From an uncultured Actinomycetes bacterium (lineage in GTDB: Bacteria > Actinomycetota > Thermoleophilia > Gaiellales > JAICJC01): a DNA stretch of 64,000 nt. The notes below the pieces were generated by a model. That model did no database searches. It was not told where the DNA came from and saw nothing but the letters and a program-made list of their open reading frames with translations. Position 1 is the stretch's first letter. The number at the start of each line of letters is the position of its first letter. Below are positions 62,275 to 64,000 of this stretch, one piece after another. The stretch lies in contig CAVSFZ010000017.1 in the NCBI GenBank assembly GCA_963727235.1, forward strand, positions 9,407 through 73,406, read 5' to 3'. Position numbers and translations under genes: made by a program.

Positions 62275-63077
62275 GCGTCAGCCTCGCGCCGGCGCCACAC
62301 GCGGCCGATGCGAGGGCCGCCGACCACCGACGCAGGCAGCCGGCCGAACGCCACCATGTCGCCCAAGGCACGCTCGACCTCGTCCGCGGAGGCGATACCC
62401 TCGGCAATCACAGCCTCGGCCGACGCCGCCAGCGTCAGGTGGGGCAGCTCCACGATCTCGCCCGAGGCGGCCACTCCCTGCACGATCTCAAACCCGGGAT
62501 CGGGGATCCCCGCCTCCAGACACAGCCGGTGAAGCTTTCGCCCGATGGCGGCGTCCCCGCCCCGGCGCCGCAGCGCCTCGCTGTACACCCGCTGGTAGAA
62601 GTCGTGCCCAGCATTGGGCGGGTCGGTGAAGCAGCCGTCGAAATCGGCGTCCTCGACGACAATCGCACCTCCCGGCCGGACCGCCGCCCACATCTGCCTG
62701 AGCAGCTCGACCGGCCGGCGCACGTGCTCCAGGAGGAACCGGCTGTACACCAGGTCATATGCCCCCGGTTCGCTCCAGCCGGTAACGTCGGCCGCCTGGA
62801 ACCTCACGTTCTCGAGCCCCAACTCGACGGCCTGCTGACCCGCCAGATCGAGCTTGACCTGGTCCATGTCGATGCCGGTGACGCGGCCGTATGGGCCGAC
62901 CATGCGCGCCAGCAGGAATGTGACATCACCGCCACCACAGCCCACGTCCAGGCAGTGCATCCCGAGCGTCACGCCGACCCGATCAAGCAGCGCAGAGGTG
63001 TTGGCATCGTGCACTCGCGCGAGCACGCGCAGCCGGTCGTATCCCTCGCGACCGCCTCGGATCACGTAGTCACTCAC
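62271..63077 (-). CDS. class I SAM-dependent methyltransferase
   Basis: Motif I CLDVGCGGGDVT, with the acidic motif II GIDMD downstream. There is a 4-nt overlap with the DUF1697 gene. Confidence 0.85.
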   Translation of the reverse strand: MSDYVIRGGREGYDRLRVLARVHDANTSALLDRVGVTLGMHCLDVGCGGGDVTFLLARMVGPYGRVTGIDMDQVKLDLAGQQAVELGLENVRFQAADVTGWSEPGAYDLVYSRFLLEHVRRPVELLRQMWAAVRPGGAIVVEDADFDGCFTDPPNAGHDFYQRVYSEALRRRGGDAAIGRKLHRLCLEAGIPDPGFEIVQGVAASGEIVELPHLTLAASAEAVIAEGIASADEVERALGDMVAFGRLPASVVGGPRIGRVWRRREADA

Positions 63078-63111
63078 GGCTCAATCGTACCCACAGGCGG
63101 ACAACCGAGAA

Positions 63112-64000
63112 CTAGCGAGCACAGAACCGGTCGGTTGCGCGCACGAGCTCGGTGGTGATGCCCTCGGCGTCGGCGGCGTGACCGGCGTCCTCGACCACGA
63201 CCAGCTCTGAGCCGGGCCACAGGCGGGCAAGCTCCCAGGCTGTCCCCAGCGGCGCCTGCAGGTCGAAGCGGCCGTTGATCATGATCCCGGGGATGCCGTC
63301 GAGGGCGGCGATGTTGCGCAGCAGGATTCCGTCCTCGAGGAACACGCCGTGGTCGACGTAGTGGGTCACCAGCCGTGCGAACGCCAGGGCGAACGCGGGG
63401 TCCTTGTACCGGCTGGCAAGCCCGGGCTTGGGCGGCCAGTCGGGGGTCGCCGATTCCCAGGTGCACCACTCCAAAGCGGCATGTGCACGCACCGCCGGAT
63501 CGGGATCGTGCAACAGCCGGCGGTAGGCCGAAACCACGTCGCCGTTGCGAAGTGCCGCCGGCAGGGCGGCGCGGCGGCGCTCCCACTGCTCGGGGAAGAG
63601 CGGCTGCAGCCCTTCGCGGAAGAGCCAGTCATCCTCCTTGCGACGCCCCGCGGTGACGCCGAAGAGGATCAGCTCCGCGACGCGGTGGGGGTGCTGCTCG
63701 GCATAGGCGAGCGCCAGGGTGCTGCCCCACGATCCGCCCAACACCAACCATCTCTCGATCTCCAGGGTCTCGCGCAGCAGCTCGATGTCGGCAATCAGGT
63801 TGGACGTGGTGTTGGCGCTCAAGTCGATCTCCGGCACGCTCGCGTGGGGAGTGCTGCGACCGCAGTTGCGCTGATCCATCAACACCACCCGGTAGGCGGC
63901 CGGGTCGAATAGCCGCCGATGCCACGGCGTGCAGCCTGAGCCGGGGCCGCCGTGGAGCACCAGCGCAGGCTTCCCCAGTGGGTTCCCACAGGTCTCCCAG
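63112..64000 (-). CDS. pip: prolyl aminopeptidase (proline iminopeptidase, alpha/beta hydrolase), N-terminus beyond the window
   Basis: HGGPGSG oxyanion motif and GGSWGSTLALAYA nucleophile elbow. The frame stays open upstream of the ORF-track ATG (..GKPALVLHGGPGSG) to the window edge. Confidence 0.85.
   Translation of the reverse strand, partial: WETCGNPLGKPALVLHGGPGSGCTPWHRRLFDPAAYRVVLMDQRNCGRSTPHASVPEIDLSANTTSNLIADIELLRETLEIERWLVLGGSWGSTLALAYAEQHPHRVAELILFGVTAGRRKEDDWLFREGLQPLFPEQWERRRAALPAALRNGDVVSAYRRLLHDPDPAVRAHAALEWCTWESATPDWPPKPGLASRYKDPAFALAFARLVTHYVDHGVFLEDGILLRNIAALDGIPGIMINGRFDLQAPLGTAWELARLWPGSELVVVEDAGHAADAEGITTELVRATDRFCAR

Overview
This is a high-GC chromosomal segment (about two-thirds G+C by eye, not computed). 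Gene content and protein signatures look Actinomycetota-like. One example is an RpoC insertion at the same site as the mycobacterial beta-prime coiled-coil insert.

The window is dominated by the minus-strand transcription/translation supercluster: rpmG-secE-nusG-rplK-rplA-rplJ-rplL, then rpoB-rpoC, then rpsL-rpsG-fusA-tuf, the S10, spc and alpha operons, and truA. Two classical operon junctions are broken by accessory DNA:
- About 8.6 kb lies between rplL and rpoB. It holds a cytoplasmic-type NlpC/P60 peptidase, a class-A beta-lactamase-like hydrolase, a five-gene peptide ABC importer and an MFS transporter.
- About 3.6 kb lies between rpoC and rpsL. It holds a GH9 glycoside hydrolase on the opposite strand plus a lower-GC secreted protein and small membrane protein pair.

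The flanks carry housekeeping and accessory genes: an aminotransferase, an ABC-2 exporter, DedA, tRNA-Pro(CGG), Nif3, PBP4, LigA, a cupredoxin, an ArsR-SRPBCC pair, SurE, an orphan AAA+ ATPase, DUF1697, a methyltransferase and a proline iminopeptidase.

The signals I rate most worth following up are:
1. A family of seven ~30-bp AT-armed palindromes (TGAATAA-N-GGTGCC-T-GGCACC-N-TTATTCA) with compensatory linker changes. Three of them are stacked just downstream of rpoC.
2. A promoter, leaderless 8-codon mini-ORF, hairpin and intrinsic terminator leader upstream of a 53-aa HTH gene.
3. A phased array of five TTATC/GATAA boxes in the most AT-rich stretch I noticed in the window, upstream of the AAA+ ATPase.
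4. Long acidic or Gly-Arg-rich disordered tails on L15, S5, S3, L22 and RpoB. The S5 tail is cut short by two compensating indels in its 15-nt repeat.

I found no CRISPR array, rRNA gene, transposase or integrase. All family assignments come from motif recognition in the supplied translations; no database search was possible.
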